Of a DNA stretch of 64,000 nt, positions 11,101-25,169 are shown one piece after another. The stretch spans positions 812,178 to 876,177 of the forward strand of contig LSRY02000041.1 of assembly GCA_001643675.2 (NCBI GenBank), in the 5' to 3' direction. Position 1 is the first letter of the stretch. The number at the start of each line of letters is the position of its first letter. The stretch comes from Monocercomonoides exilis PA203. Taxonomy: Eukaryota; Protista; Preaxostyla. The position numbers and the translations under genes are program-made. Below the pieces are notes generated by a model. That model did not search any database and was not told the origin of the DNA. It worked only from the letters and a program-made list of their open reading frames with translations.

Positions 11101-14100
11101 AATCTGCCCTTTGATTGAAGGTGTGGAGCAACCAGCAAAAGAGCAATTGAAAAGAGAGACGGAAACTGGGTGATTATTAAATTCTTCATTGAACAAACTG
11201 TTTTGTTTGGAATTTTGTGTGTTTTTGTGTTTTCTATGAGAATTCAATTGATTCCTGTCAAAATCAGAATTTCTGAATGTGATTAAGATAACAGCTGGTC
11301 CAATGTGTGTTCGTGAAATGTTTGTGAATGTGGAACTAGAAAGAGAAAATGTGATTGGCTCATTGATGTCAGCTGTTTCATCGGAGGAAGAAAAGGAGGA
11401 AGAGGAAGAAGAAGAAGAAGTAGAAGAAGAAGAAGAAGAAGAAGAGGAAGAATCCAAAGAAGAAATAAAAGATGCCTCAGAAGTGAACGAGACATTACGT
11501 GCAGCCATCTTATTCAGTTTGATCTTCTGTGAAAGCGATACAGCCACAACAGGAGCAGACAGCGCAGCTCTTTCAACTTCTATTCCATCTGCTTCTACAT
11601 TACAGTTGCCATCAACAAGAAGTGCAGAAGAGGAAGAAGAGGAGGAGGAAAAGGAAGAGGGAGAGGAATAAGAAGGAGAAGTTAATAATGATGATGTTAA
11701 TGTTCCAACTGAATAAACACCTGCTGTGTAGTTAATGTCACATAGCTTCACATTCTCAAGATGAAGAAAAGCTCCTTTTTGAGTACAAAACACAGAGGAT
11801 GATAGAGAAAGATGGTGAATTTGCACTTCATTCAGTTCGCATCTTCCTTTTCTCAGGTGGAAAAGCGAGTGAGGAAGCAAGAAAAGCGACGAGGGATCGT
11901 TCAAACTGTCATCAGATGAGGAAATTTCACAGGAAGAAAGAGAAAAAGTTCCGTTGTGCTGATAAAAGAGTGAAGGATGCTGTGAAACAAAGGATTCTCC
12001 AATGAATATGCTGACACTTTCAACAGAAACTGAATCAATTGCAAACAAAATGGCACCTGATGAGGAATAACTGCGAGAAATGGAAGAGTTAAGCAGCAAA
12101 GTTGCTTTGGAATTGCTTTTTTGTTTGTAAAATTTTGAACTGTGGTGATTTATGTTATTATTATCATTATTTATGTTTTCATTTGAACTCCCTTCAATTT
12201 TCAATGAAACAAGAACGCATTCACCTTCTACACTGCATTTCTGGTTGATAACAATCCTTCTTGTCATCAACTCATTCTCAACTGGATTCAATGAAATTCT
12301 GTTTTTTCCCTTCAATTTCAAAGAATTAATCTTTTTGTTTCTTTGTTTATTCGCTCCATATTCAGTTCTCTCAAGTGCCTTCAAATGTGCCACACCAACC
12401 TCCAACGTAGAGCAAGGCTTAACTTCACTCCCACATTCCTTCTCATTGATGTCTCCTCTTCCTCCTCCTCCTCCTCCACTTCCATTGCCAGCCACATACA
12501 CACACTCATACAATGTGTTTGATAGATATGCTTCGAGCAAATCCACAACAAAGTCCTCTTCATTACTGTTATCTTCATTATCATTGTTATTATACACCGA
12601 TGAAGAAGAAAGAAAAGAAGATGAAGACAAGCAATCTGTCCCAATATCGCATTCCGCTGCACAAATCACACTGCCTCCTGAAATAAGACTTGTGGAATTA
12701 CTGAAAGTGCAACCAAACCTCCCAACGTTCATCTGCAATGCCAATGAATTGCATATGAAGAATATGTCTTTTCCTTGTTTTGCTTCGTTTTGTGTGAATG
12801 TGACGTTATCAAACACAAATGGAAGATGAGGAAGAAAAGGGAAATTTGGTGAAGAAATAGAAACATGAGGATCGGAGCAGTTGATGAAGACTGCTCCGCC
12901 TTTGCCTTCTGTTGTGGAGCAGGAACAAGAGGCGAATGTGGTGCGGGATATGGTGAGGGATGAATGCTCAGTTGTGTCAGAGATTAGAGAAGAAGAGGAA
13001 GAAGAAGAAGAAGAAGGAATAGAAATCGAATGAGAAGAATGAGGAATTCTTGATGGAGATTTTGGGTGGTTTAATTGAGATGCAGAAGAAGAAGAAGAAT
13101 CAGCTAAATACACATCTTCAGGTGTTTCATCATTAAATGTGGGCAGAGCAAGTGAAAATAACGCCACTCCTCCGAATTTGGAGTTCAGTGAAGAGCAGGA
13201 AGAGAATGAGCAGTCAGACAAAACAATGTGGAGAGGGGAAAAAGTGTTGAAAGGAGAAACGAGGGGAAGAGTATGTGTGCTTTGGATGTTGGTTAGGTTT
13301 GTGGAGTTGAAGAGGAGATGGAAGGAGGAAGGAGAGGAAGACGAGGAAGACGAGGAAGACGAAAAAGAGGAAGAAGAGGAAGAAGAAGAAAAAGAAAATG
13401 AATGAGAAGAAAATGGAGAAATCGAATCAGAAGAAGAAGAAGAAGAAATAGAATTCAAAGAAGGTGTTGAACACATAGACGATAAAGAAGATGTCGTCAA
13501 CCTCCTTTCTTCCTCTTCTTCTCCTCTATCTTCCACCTCCACAAGTGGATGATTCTTCATTGACACATTCTGCAGCGAGCAGTTGCTGAAGATGAGGAGA
13601 AAAGAAGCTGAAAAACAAGACTTCACAAACCACGCCGTGAAGACATTGTTTGTGTTGAATGCAAAAACACAGCCGGAGAAATTTAATTCTCCGGATTTTG
13701 CCTCGCACAAGCTGAAGTCGATGGCTAAGCTGCCGACGCTGTCAGACAAAGAGAACAAGCAATTGTGCATGGAGAGAGAAGGGCCGTGGGTGAGGAGGAG
13801 GGCTTGGATTGGGGGAGAGGAAGAAGAAGTGGAAAAGGAAGAAGAAGATGATGATAAAGATGAAAGAGATGAAAGAGAAGATGAAGAAGATGAAGAAAAA
13901 GATAACACATTCCTAGATAATTTCGAAATAGCACTCGGAAACAGGATTTGTACTGAGTCAAACGTCAAAACGCCAAAGTTCTCAAGAACAGCTGAAGAAT
14001 CTCCATAATTGACAGGCTCAATGGTTAGCTCAGCATATGTCATGTCATTTGAAGAAGGATTTATTTGATTGTTGGAAGAAGGAGAGGAGGAAAAAGAAGA

Positions 14101-17100
14101 TGATGATGACGATGATGAAGACGATGGGAAATGATGGTTATTATTATTCTTGAAAGCATATGAAGAAGAAAAAGAAGAAGACAAAGAGGAAGAACGAGGA
14201 GAAGAAAGAGAAGAAGAATAACCAGAATCTTCGCTTCTGCTTGGACGAATTAATAGATTGTTCAGTTTGTACGTGCTGTTCAGGCGAAGAGGGCTAACAA
14301 TGTTGATTGCAGTTAAAACTCCCTCTTTCTCTAATCTTGTACGAAACTCATTCATTTGTCTCATTTTTTTCACATTCTCTTCTTCATTACTTGCGTTTTT
14401 CGTATTTCTTTTTGTTTTAACAGTTTCTTCTTCTCTTTCTCTTTCTCCTTCTCCTTCTCCCTCTGACTCATTCATTTCACTTTCTCCTTCTCCATCTCCT
14501 TCCCTCACATGTTTCACCGCCTCCTCCAGACTCAAGCACGGAGTCTCCTTTCTTCCACACAGAAACCAATCTCTTCCTTTGCCCTCTGGAATGGACAAGC
14601 CATCTACAAACACCTCATCCAACTTCTCATTCATCAAAGGCAGGCAATCAATGGGAATATCATTGTGCTCGTTCTCATCCACCCCAAAAAACGCATTTGA
14701 CACGTTAAACACAGAAAGAGAAAAATCCATGTCAAATTTGGAGATTTGACATGCAGATGACAAGTTGCAGCAGGAAATGAAGAGATCGCTGCCGTATTTG
14801 GCTTTGTTTGCGGTGAATGTGACCGTTTTGAACAGGAAATTGTCAGTTAGAGAGGAATCTGAAGAAGAGAGAGGGTGGAAATTTTTATTGGTTAATTGTT
14901 GTTGGTTTATTGGGTGTTTGAGAGAATTTTGTTTGTTTTTGATGGAAGAGTGAAGGTTTCTTCTGCTTTTATAACAGCAGTTTTCTTTGTTCTGTTTTGT
15001 ATTCAAACCAGAAATGTAATCGATATTGTCCTTCTTGTTTATTTTTTCTCCTTCGTTATATTCTCTTTCTCTTCTGTTATAACGTTTATTTCCTCTTCTA
15101 CTGTTTCCATTTCCTTCTCCTCCTCCTTCTCCTTCTCCACTTCCACTTCCACTTCCACACCCTCCACAATCCAAATAAACTGCTCCTCCTCTTCCTTCAC
15201 TCTCGTTCTCTGCTTCGCATTCCTCAAACACACAATTTTCAGCCACAAAATCGCTGCCGGCAAAAATATTGACTCGAATTGCGCCTCCTTTTGAGATTTC
15301 AGAGGAGCCAGCGAAGGAAAGAGAGGTGTTGGAGAGATGGAGGGAGAGGGAAGGATAAATAGAAGAGGAGGAAGAAGAAGTTGATTGCGATAATGAAGAT
15401 GAAGATGAAGATGATGCATCTCCTGTATCTTCAAATAGTGCAGAAGAAGAAGAAGGAAATGAAGACAATGTAAAATTGATGAAATGAATAAAAGGAATGT
15501 CATTTGAATTTGATGAAGCAAGATGTGATGATGTAAAAGAAGAAGAGGAAGAGGAAGAAGAGAAAGAAGAAGAAGAAGAAGAAACATGCTTAATTTTCAC
15601 CAAAGAATTGCAATCAACAGAAGAAGGATTAAACACATTGGATAGATTTGTGTTGCAAAACAAGAAACCAGAGGAAAAAGAAGGAGAAGAAGATGATGAT
15701 AATGATGATGATGAAGGAGAAGAAGAAGAAGAAAGAGAAGAAAATGGAGAAGAAGGAGAAGGAGGAGGAGGAGGAGAAGGAGAAGAAGAAAGAGAAGGCA
15801 AAGAAGACAACGAAAACACAATAAAAGGAGAAGATAGAGAAATAGGTGTGTTTGTATTAGAGAGTTGGAAGTTGTCGATTGAAGCTGTTCCACCTATGAT
15901 GGACAGAAAAGAGAAGGAAAGAGAGGAAGAGGTAGAGGTAGAGGTAGAAGAAGAAGAAGAAGAAGAAGAAGAAAAGGAAGAAGAAGAAGTGCTGCTTGCA
16001 ACAATCAGATGGCAATGTGAGATTGAAGCATCGCCTGACAGAACAAGCAGAAGAGAAGAAATCAAATGAGCGTTTGAATGAAAAAATGTCTTTGAATAAG
16101 AAGCGGAAGAAGAAGTGGAAGAAGAAGATGATGATGATGATGCAGATTGTTGTGAAGCGCTCGTTTCAGATGAAGGACAAAAAGACAAAGAAGAAGAATT
16201 CAAAGAAGTTGAGGGAGAAGAAAAAGAAGAAGAAAAAGAAAAATATGAAGATGAAGAAGAGGAAGAGGAAGAAGAAGAAGAAGAAGAAGAAGATTGCACC
16301 ACAGATTCAATCGAAGTGCCGCATTTGAGGCAGATGAAGCAGATGGCGAAGGAGCCTTCAGTTTGAATGGCAGCTTCGCAGTCGTCGCTCAACTGGATGG
16401 GAATGACAAGGTCTGCAGAGAAGGAATAAGAGGAAGATGGAGATGATTGTGAAGAATAAGAAGAAGAGGAAGGAGAAGAAGAGGAGGAGGAAAAGGAAGA
16501 AGAGGAAGAAGAAGATGGTGATGATGATGATGAGTGGGAAGAAGAGGAGGAAGAAGAAGAAGACTCACTCACTTTCTTCATCCCCTCCCTCTCTTCTCCA
16601 TTTTCTCCATTCCCCTTGTACCCTGTATATCCCAGCGGCCTAACCTTCACATTCACCAACCTCACGCTCTCTGTCATTGTCGCCCTTCCAAACACATTTA
16701 TCTTCGCCTGCATTGAACTCTTCCCTGTCATCACATGATTCTGCGCCTCTGATAGAGTCAAGCACGGCGATTCCACACTTCCACACCTGTGCCAATCTCG
16801 TCCTTCTCCATCTTCTCCTTCACTTCCTCCTCCTCCTCCTCTCCCATCCACATACACCTCCTCCGCCACATATCGCAAAAAAAACAAAAGCGTCTCGTCT
16901 CTGTTGATTTCGCAGTCCCTTCCAAACAGCGCATTTTCTTCTGCAAATGCAGACGCTGTGAAATCCAGCTTAATCTTCTCTTCCTTCACACTTTCGCTCA
17001 GATCCCTCGCAAACACAAACAGATCTCGTCCAATTGTCGCCAAATTTGAGGTGAACAGCATCGCTTGCAACAGAAATTCATCTCCTTGTTGGCAGTTCAA

Positions 17101-20100
17101 ATAAATGCCTCCTCCTCTGCCTTCATTCTGCGTGTGTTGTGGCTGCACAGAGCAAGTGCTTTCGATGACGTAGGAAGAAATGAACTGGATTTGGCTGTTT
17201 GGATTGAGGATGAGGCAGAACCCTCCGCCTGCGGTAGACATTTCACTGGCACAGTGAGAGACTATGGAATTGTTGAGGAGGAAGAGGAAGGAGGAGGAAG
17301 AGGAAAGGGAAGAAGAAGATGTTGATGATGAAGAGGATAATGATGAAGTGGATGATGTGGAAGAAAGAGAAGAAGGATGAGCAGTCTTGTGAAATGGCTG
17401 AAATGAATGCGAAGTGTCTGATGGATGAAGATTATGAGATGAATGAGAAAAATGAGAAGGATTCGACGAATGTGATGAATGACATGAATAAGATGCATAA
17501 GATGAATAAGAAGAGGGTGAGTGTGTGGAAGGAGAGCCACACAAAGCAGGCGAAGGAGCAGTTGAAGCGAAACCAGAGATGTTTGTCTGTGTGATGTTGA
17601 TGATGTTGATGAAAGTGTCATCGTTGAATGAATTGGATGGTTTAAGAGGTTTTATTGTTTTTATTGGTTTATTTGGTTTAATTGCATTACCTTTGTGTTG
17701 TTTAGCATTCACTTTGCGTGGATGTTGGTGAAGAGAGCGAAATGAAGAATGAGAAGAAGAGGAAGAAGAAAAAGAAGTTGATGCTGGTGTTGATGATGAT
17801 GATTTTGATGGTGAAGATGGAGTAGAAAAACGGTGTGAAAAACAAGAATCTCTTAACTCCGAATCTGATGGATTATTCCCGCCATCCGATCCATCAAGAG
17901 CATCAAAAGCATCAAAGCCAGCAAAATTATCAGAGTTATCAACGCCATCAGAAACAATAGAACTGTCAGTGTTTTCAGAAATTTCAGTGTTATCAATGTT
18001 GTCAAAGTTATCCAATTCATTCCCATTGTCAGGGCATTTATGAAGCAATGGATCAAACAGCTGTGAGTCAAACAGAAGCGAAATGAACGGCGCGTTCAAT
18101 GAGAACGTGGTCAAAAGCGAGCGTTCAACCAAAAGCGAGCCGCCTTCCAGCACAATCACTCCGCTTTCGAAGCTGAGGTTGAAGTGGAGGAGAGGAGAAT
18201 AGAGGTTGACATCGATGAGGCTGAGGGAGTAGGAAGGGGAAGAGGATGAAGAGGAGGAGGAAGATGAAGAGGAAGAAGACGTGGAAGAAAAAGAGGAAGA
18301 TGAAGAGGATGAAGATGAATATGAAGAAGAACGAAGAACTCTGAAAATCGGCTGTCTGTTTGTTTGTTCTAAGCTCAAATCGCACGTGATATTGAGCGTC
18401 GCCATCGTCAGCATCCCTCCTCTTTCTCCTCTTCCTCCCGCGTCAATCTCAAACCACGTCTCAAACTGCTGTGTGTGTGTGTCAATCAGCTTCGTCCTAT
18501 ACGCCTTCGCCACATTTGCCTTCCCCTGTACGAATATTTCTCTCTTCCCGACTTCAATCGTGCCTTCTTCCCACTCAAACGTCGCATTTGGCGTCTGCAC
18601 CACTGTCCCTGCCTCTCCCCCACACCTCCTGATCGCCACATACACGTCTGCACACGGAATCACCCTGTTGATCCCACAATACGCGTCCTGTGAGATCTTC
18701 ATCAACTCGTCCTTCACAATGCGGTGCGCCACGTGCGTGCTGAGCCAGCCGTTCAGATAGCGCCGCTCCTGTGAAAAGAACACAGTGCGGTTGGTAGGAT
18801 TTGTCGTGACACATTCTTCAAACGGGTTTGAACCGGGAACAGTCACAGCCCCGTTCACGACGAAGTCACAGCCAGTGCTGTTGACCGTGCAGTGGTAGAA
18901 GAGACACAGGCGGAACGAAAGGAAAGAAGAGAGCTGGGAGACAGGGAAGAGGAAAGAGAGACATACTGCCCCGCTGTCGTTGAAAGTGGAGACGCTTGTG
19001 TTGAACACGTTTTCGAGGATGTTGACTGGAACGCTGTTGGAAGAAAGGGGTGGAGAGTTGGAAGAGAAGGGGGTGTGAAGAGGATGGGATCGAGAAGAAG
19101 AAGAAGAAAGAAGATGTTTGTTTGAGCCATTCTTTTGTTCATCAGCAGCTAACGCATCCAATTCATCCTCTGCTTCCTCCTCTTCTTCTCCTCTTCCACT
19201 TCCAATTCCCTCTGTATTATGCATCTCCACCCTGTCAATGCTACTACTGCTACTGCTACTACTCTGTGTGCTTTCCACATACACCGCGCCTGCCAGCAGC
19301 TTCGCCGAGCACGACGTGAACAAACACTCCGCCACAATCACACAGTCCACCGCATCAGTCACAAACAGCGCCCCGCCGCTCCCTTGCTTCGCGGAGCACT
19401 CCAGGAACACGTTGCTCGTGAAGTTGACTTTGTACACGTGAGAGGCGTACAACATTCCCCCGTTCAGACCGGCTTCGGCATAGCTGGCATCGCATCGGTA
19501 CATGCTGAGTGCATAAAGAGGGGAAGGCGATGTTCCTGTGCCGTGAATGAAAATCGCACCGCCGCAACAGTCTGAAGAGCCAGCAGTGCATGCAGCAGAC
19601 TGTGGTGTCTTTGAGCGCACGAACGAGGCGCTGTTGAAAGATGCATCTGCGTGAAGAAGCTGCTGCTCAAAGAAATAACCAGATTGTGAATTGTTCTTCT
19701 GATGAAAAGTATCGAAAGAATTTGATTGGTCCCTGGTGCGCTGCTTGCAGTCGGTGAATGTGCAGTTTGTGCAGCTGAAATGACTGCATCGCCCGTCAAT
19801 ACCATGAACTACACCGCTTGAGAAGCTGTCTTCAACATTTTCAAAAGACGAGTCAAAAAGACAACAGCACTCTCCAAAAGAAAAATGATTCAGTGAAATG
19901 TTTGTTTGAGGATTTAGCGATGTTGTTCTTGTGTTGGTGGAATTGGAAAAAGAACAACTTTGAACGATGGCAGTTTGATATAATCCTGAAGCAAGAAAGG
20001 ATGAAGAAATATCAGTGAATTTCATATCGCAATGTGAAATTTCAGATGAAAAAATGTACATATGTCCTCTTTTCTCCAATGAATGCATCAGTGGAGATGT

Positions 20101-20562
20101 AAAATTTTTTGCTGAAGTTGAAAATTCAAAACTGACATTACGTAAATAAATACAACCTTCACATTGAAAAAGAGCTTCGTGTTGAAAATGAGAGAAATAA
20201 AACGTGCAACGAGAAAAAGAACTTTTTGAAGTTGAAGATAAAGAGCCAAATGATCGATTATAAGCCCATTCAAATTTCACCATGTCCAAGAAAGTGGAAG
20301 AATTTCTAAATTGAATACAGAAAGGAATTTGAGATGGAGGAAAAAATAGATGACATGTGGAATTCGAATTATCTTTCAGGGTTGTTGAAGAAATATCATA
20401 TTGCCTTGTTGAATTAGATCCAAGCAAAAACGATTTAAAAGAATTGTTTTTTGTGTTGCATTCTGTTTCCGAAAAAGAAGATATAAATACGCTCGGCTGG
20501 CTATAGGCAAAAATTAGTAGATACAATAAAATGAAAAGATGAGCGCGACAAAGTGTATGCAT
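7513..20562 (-). CDS. Giant (4349 aa) secreted/surface Ser-rich protein with Pmp-like (GGAI / FxxN) and CG..PC repeat modules
   Basis: Uninterrupted 13-kb ORF from ATG. It has a signal-peptide-like N-terminus (HLFILLYLLIFAYSQ) and recurring modules (GxGGA[IV][YF][LI]xC ... FxxNxAxxGxD[LI]F ... V[YF]V..CG...PCx[TS]L) separated by poly-Ser. No obvious C-terminal TM helix. Confidence 0.85.
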
Positions 20563-21201
20563 AAATAATATTCATAAAAAAACAATATTAATTCATTTAA
20601 ATAAAAATATGGTGGATATGATCTTTCTGAGAAAAATTGAATGAATTAAATCAACTCATTTTTCAATATATGAATGTATGTGTTGGAGACATTTGTTCAT
20701 CATTTCTTTGTCAATAATTAATTATGGTGAATGGAAAATTGTCAACTTGGGATTATCAAGAATTATAATAAAACTCCAACAAGAATGCTCCTGACTTGTG
20801 CGTGAAAGATTCATGTCTATTTCAAAAGGAACTTCAAACAAGATGAAAAAAGTGTAGAATTGAAAAAAAGAAAAAGTTTTTTCAATTCTTTTTTAAAAAT
20901 GAAGCTATTTCGCATCACGAATTGATTTTGTGTTCGATGCGTACACATTTTAAATATTCAAAAATTTAACAAAAGTTTTTTTTAAAGAAATAAAAACAGT
21001 GAGAAAAGATCATGAACAAATTTCAAACAAAAATAAAATAGAATAAAACTGAACAAACAAATAGACAAATAGAAATAAATAAAAAATGAAATGAAATGAA
21101 ATGAAATGAAACAAAGAAAGACAAATAAACAAAAAAATAAATTGTAATTTGTATGTAAAATGCAAGTGGAAAAAAAGAGAAAGAAAGATAAAGATAGATA
21201 A

Positions 21202-21212
<11 letters not shown>

Positions 21213-21232
<20 letters not shown>

Positions 21233-21247
21233 AAGAAAGAAAGAGAG

Positions 21248-21326
<79 letters not shown>
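21213..21326. repeat. (GA)n microsatellite downstream of the Yif1-like stop
   Basis: Visible GA dinucleotide tract with occasional AA interruptions. Confidence 0.9.
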
Positions 21327-21331
<5 letters not shown>

Positions 21332-21345
21332 AAATGAAGAAAGAG

Positions 21346-22035
21346 CTATTTCCATAAACCCCAGACAACAATCAATATGAGGACTAATGGCTGCTCAATG
21401 TAAATGAACAGAGAAAGCAAGATAAGCAAAGGTGATTGAGATGAAGGAGAAGAAGATGATGAGGAGGAGGAAGAAGAAGAAGAAGAAGAGGAAGAAGAAG
21501 ATGATGATGATGATGATGAGGAAGAGGCCAATAAAGAAGAAAAGGGAGGAGAAGAAGAAGAAGAAGAGGAAAAAGAAGAAGGATTCTGTATTTGAGTGGT
21601 TTCTGACAGTTTATTTGGTTCTTGTGTGGCTGAAGTGGCAGCTGATGGCTTTGAAAAGAAGTCAAATAATTTTGGAATAAGAACAATATTGTTTGATATA
21701 GTTTTAACCTGTACATAAATTAAATGAAAGAAAATGAAAGGAAAGGAAATGAAGAAAGAAAGAAAGAAAAAGAGAAAGAGAAAGAGAAAGAGAAAGAGAA
21801 AGAAAAAGAAAAAGAAAAAGAAAAAGAAAAAGAAAAAGAAAAAGAAAAAGAAAAGAAAAATTGAAAAATATTAAGGTGTTATAAAAAATGAAGAGTGGAA
21901 ATAAAACAAAGAAAAATATGTTTGCAATTAAAATTGATTGAATGGTGATCATGAAAATGCGATTTTCTCTCTTTTTTTCTCTCTTTTCTTCATTTTCTTT
22001 TATCTTTTATCTTTTCTTCTTCTTTTTTCTTTCTT

Positions 22036-22068
<33 letters not shown>

Positions 22069-24348
22069 TTCAAATAAACACTTGTATATATTTTTCCCCT
22101 TCTCTTTCCTCCTCCCTCCACAAACCAAATACTGCTCAAACGCAATGGCTGCATAGATCAAAAACGCACTTCCAATTTTCCACCAGCCAAACAAGAAAAA
22201 TGCGAAGGACAAAGAAATAAACAGCCATTTTGTTGAGACAAACGCACAAAGCTCCAAAAGACAGAAGGAAGGAAGACACAAAGGATAGTCTTTGCAGAAG
22301 GGTGTGCTTAAGGGAAATGATGGGGTGGATGAAGGAGAGGAGGAGGAGGGAGAGGAAGACGAAGAGGAAGAAGAGGAGGAAGAAGATGAGGAAGAAGATG
22401 AGGAAGATGAGGAAGAAGAAGATGATGGTGATGATGATGATGACAATGTAGTGGGTGTGGATGCAGATGTAGATTGTGATTGTGATGAATGTGTAGTTGT
22501 TGATGATGGCGATGCCATCGCAGCTAATGTGGATTGTGACAATGTTTCAGATGAAGAAGAAGAAGAAGAAGAATGAGGATGAGAAGATGAAGAACTTGCA
22601 GCAGATAAAACAGAAGGAGAAGAAGAAGAAGACAATGAATTCGTTCTCTTCACTCTCCAAAACGGCTTTCTCTCGTTCTTCACCCTCTCCTTCTCCTTCT
22701 CCTTCTCTCTCTCTTTCTCTTTCCTCCTCCTCTCCTCTTTCTCCTCCTCCTTCCTTCTCAGCTCCTCCTCCCACACGCTGTCTCTCTCCGCCATCTTCTT
22801 CTTGATCGCCAGCCACAACAGCAGCCCCATCGCCACACAGTCCCCCACACAAAACCCAAACACTTTCTTCATCCTGCTCAGCTGTCTTTCAGGTGACTCA
22901 TACCTCCCAACTTTCAAGTCACGCAGCGTCAGAAGCAGAACAAACGTGAGGAGCGCCATCGAAGGCAGATACAAGTCGGGTGTGCAATGGTCGCATCCTG
23001 GTGGAATACGGCTGAAAATGCGCTTGCTGTGTGAAGAGGGTTCGCTTTCTTCGGAAGGTGTGGAAGGAGAAGATGGATGTGAAGACGATTGCATAGACAT
23101 CTTTGAGGAGGAGATTCTGTTTTCCTTTGAAGCTTGCAGAGTGCTACTTTGATTTGTTGGCTTGTTCTCTGTTTTTTTCTCTGCTTTGTTCTCTTTTGTA
23201 TCTTTTATCTGACAATTTCCTTTGTTTTTCTTCTCCTTTCCTTCTCCAGCAGTTTCATCTGCCTCGTATCTGTTTTCTTCATCTTCTTCGTCGTCACATC
23301 CAGTTTTCCGCCTCCAATCATCGTCCTTCAAAAACACAGCTGGTGTCAGCAGTAGCTTCACCCGCTGCAAAAGCGAAGAGATGTTCGTGTGGAACAAGAA
23401 GCGAGCTTCAAACAGCAGCAGCGTCAGAAAGGAGAGCCAGTTGGATGATTTCGGCGGGATGTTTGGGAGTGAAGAGGTGTGCTGTGAAATGTGTGTGAGA
23501 GACGTGGCGGCGGACGTAGGCATAGGAGACGATGCGGATGCGCTCGACTTTGTCAAATACGAATCCATCATGTTTACCAGAAATGCTTCAAAGGGATGGC
23601 TACTTTGGGTCTGGATTATGATTGTCGTCTGAGGAGCTATTTGACTCGGGTTCGAAGTACGTGCATGCGAAGTCAAAGAGTTAAATGTCATGTTTAGTGT
23701 AGGTTGTGGAGAATGAAGGCTTTCTGGATGGTTATTGTTATCATCAGGTCCCTGTTCCTGTACTCTTTCGCGAAGAAACTGTTCTTCATTATTGTTGGTG
23801 ATGTTCGTTTGCTTGTTTGTTTGTTTTTCATTTATACTTCGAGTGGAAGCAGAAGAGGAAGTTAAAGGCTGGGGATGGATAGAAATAGTTTCTAAAGTTG
23901 GGGAAGCATCGTCTTTGCATTGAGTTGAATGTTGAGAACTTAAGACAGGAGAGCGGTGATTCAGCAAAGTCATAACTTGAGGATCTTCAACAGAACTTGA
24001 CGATGAACCCTTTACTGCAGCAAAAGGAGAGCGAGGCTCTTCGACAGAAAAGGATGCAGAAGTACTTGAAGAAAGCCCAAAAAAGGGAGACATCTGCGAC
24101 ACTGGAATTGCAGCACGTGTTTTTGGAAGCGTTCTTGCTGAAGAATCATTTGAAAAAGTGTTATGACGTGATTTTGGAGGAGGTAGTGTTGCAAATCCGT
24201 CCTTTACAGATGTCTCTTTGCGAGATTGATTCTTCAATGTTGCAAAGTTCGGAAACTACAAATTTTGAACAGAAAAAAATCATGTTTTTTATTAAAGCAA
24301 TTGGCTTATTATCAGAAGTGTAAAAACTTCGTTGCATACTTGATTCAT
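21346..24348 (-). CDS. YIF1: Yif1/Hrf1-family (YIP1 superfamily) ER-Golgi membrane protein, 3 exons, ~833 aa
   Basis: PDLYLPSMALLTFVLL resembles the Yif1 signature PDLYIPxMAFxTYIL. RVKLLLTP..DDDW and LLELCAFVSTKW also fit the family. Exons 24348-24340 (MNQ|GTATGC), 24255-22126 (TAG|..TTG|GTTTGT) and 21708-21346 (CAG|) are all phase 0. Confidence 0.75.
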
Positions 24349-25169
24349 CTCCAAAGGAAATCGAAAAAATACTTTTATAACCTTAATATTTTTACAAGAC
24401 AAAAATTTGGTGAAAATCAAACTGTTGAGAAAAAGTTATTTTTTTAAAAAAAATTATCTTTATCTGTTAATAAAAATTTTTCTTATTTTCAAATTGATAA
24501 TAACGCTGTTAATATCAATTCATTTCTTTATATGAATTTCATAATAGTTTTGAAAACTGAATACAATAAAATAATGTTAAAACTTTAATTCTTGATATAA
24601 GAATTTGATTGTTTTTTAAAAAGAAAAATAATAAAAATAAACAAATGAAACACTGCTTGAGTTAGATTTGCAATATTCGTTAATAAGGTTATAAAATGGC
24701 AAAATAATTATCAACTTGATTGAAATTTCATGGATTGCGTGCACAAAAGCGAAATAAAATATTTTTTTTGCAACTTATTGGTATTGTTCAATTAAGTAGT
24801 TATTATTTTCAAAAGTGGTTATTTTCATTTAACATCATCATTTAGAAAGTGTAGTTTTGAAAATATTTCTTTTTTGTAGTGAAAAATAATTGTTTTCTGT
24901 TTCTTCGAATTTTTCATGTTGTTGTTATTTATGAATTCAATTTTGAAAATCGTTTTGTGTTCATTAAAATTTCTTGAAAAAAATGAAAATTATCTTTATA
25001 ATCGTTCAAAAAGATATTTTTCAAAAAACAAAAAAGAATATTTAGACAAGAAATTGTAATTGAAATAAGATAAATCGTTAACCTTTTTCATAATATCGAA
25101 ACGAGAAATGAAACCAATGATAATCATTTTATAAGTAATAGTGGGATATATTTGATCAGAAAATCAAAG

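Noticed and set aside
7809-20273. Many short poly-Glu/Asp/Leu/His ORFs overlapping the giant gene
   Set aside because: They are antisense or off-frame shadows of poly-Ser codon runs. The same applies to 21-24 kb and 45-54 kb.
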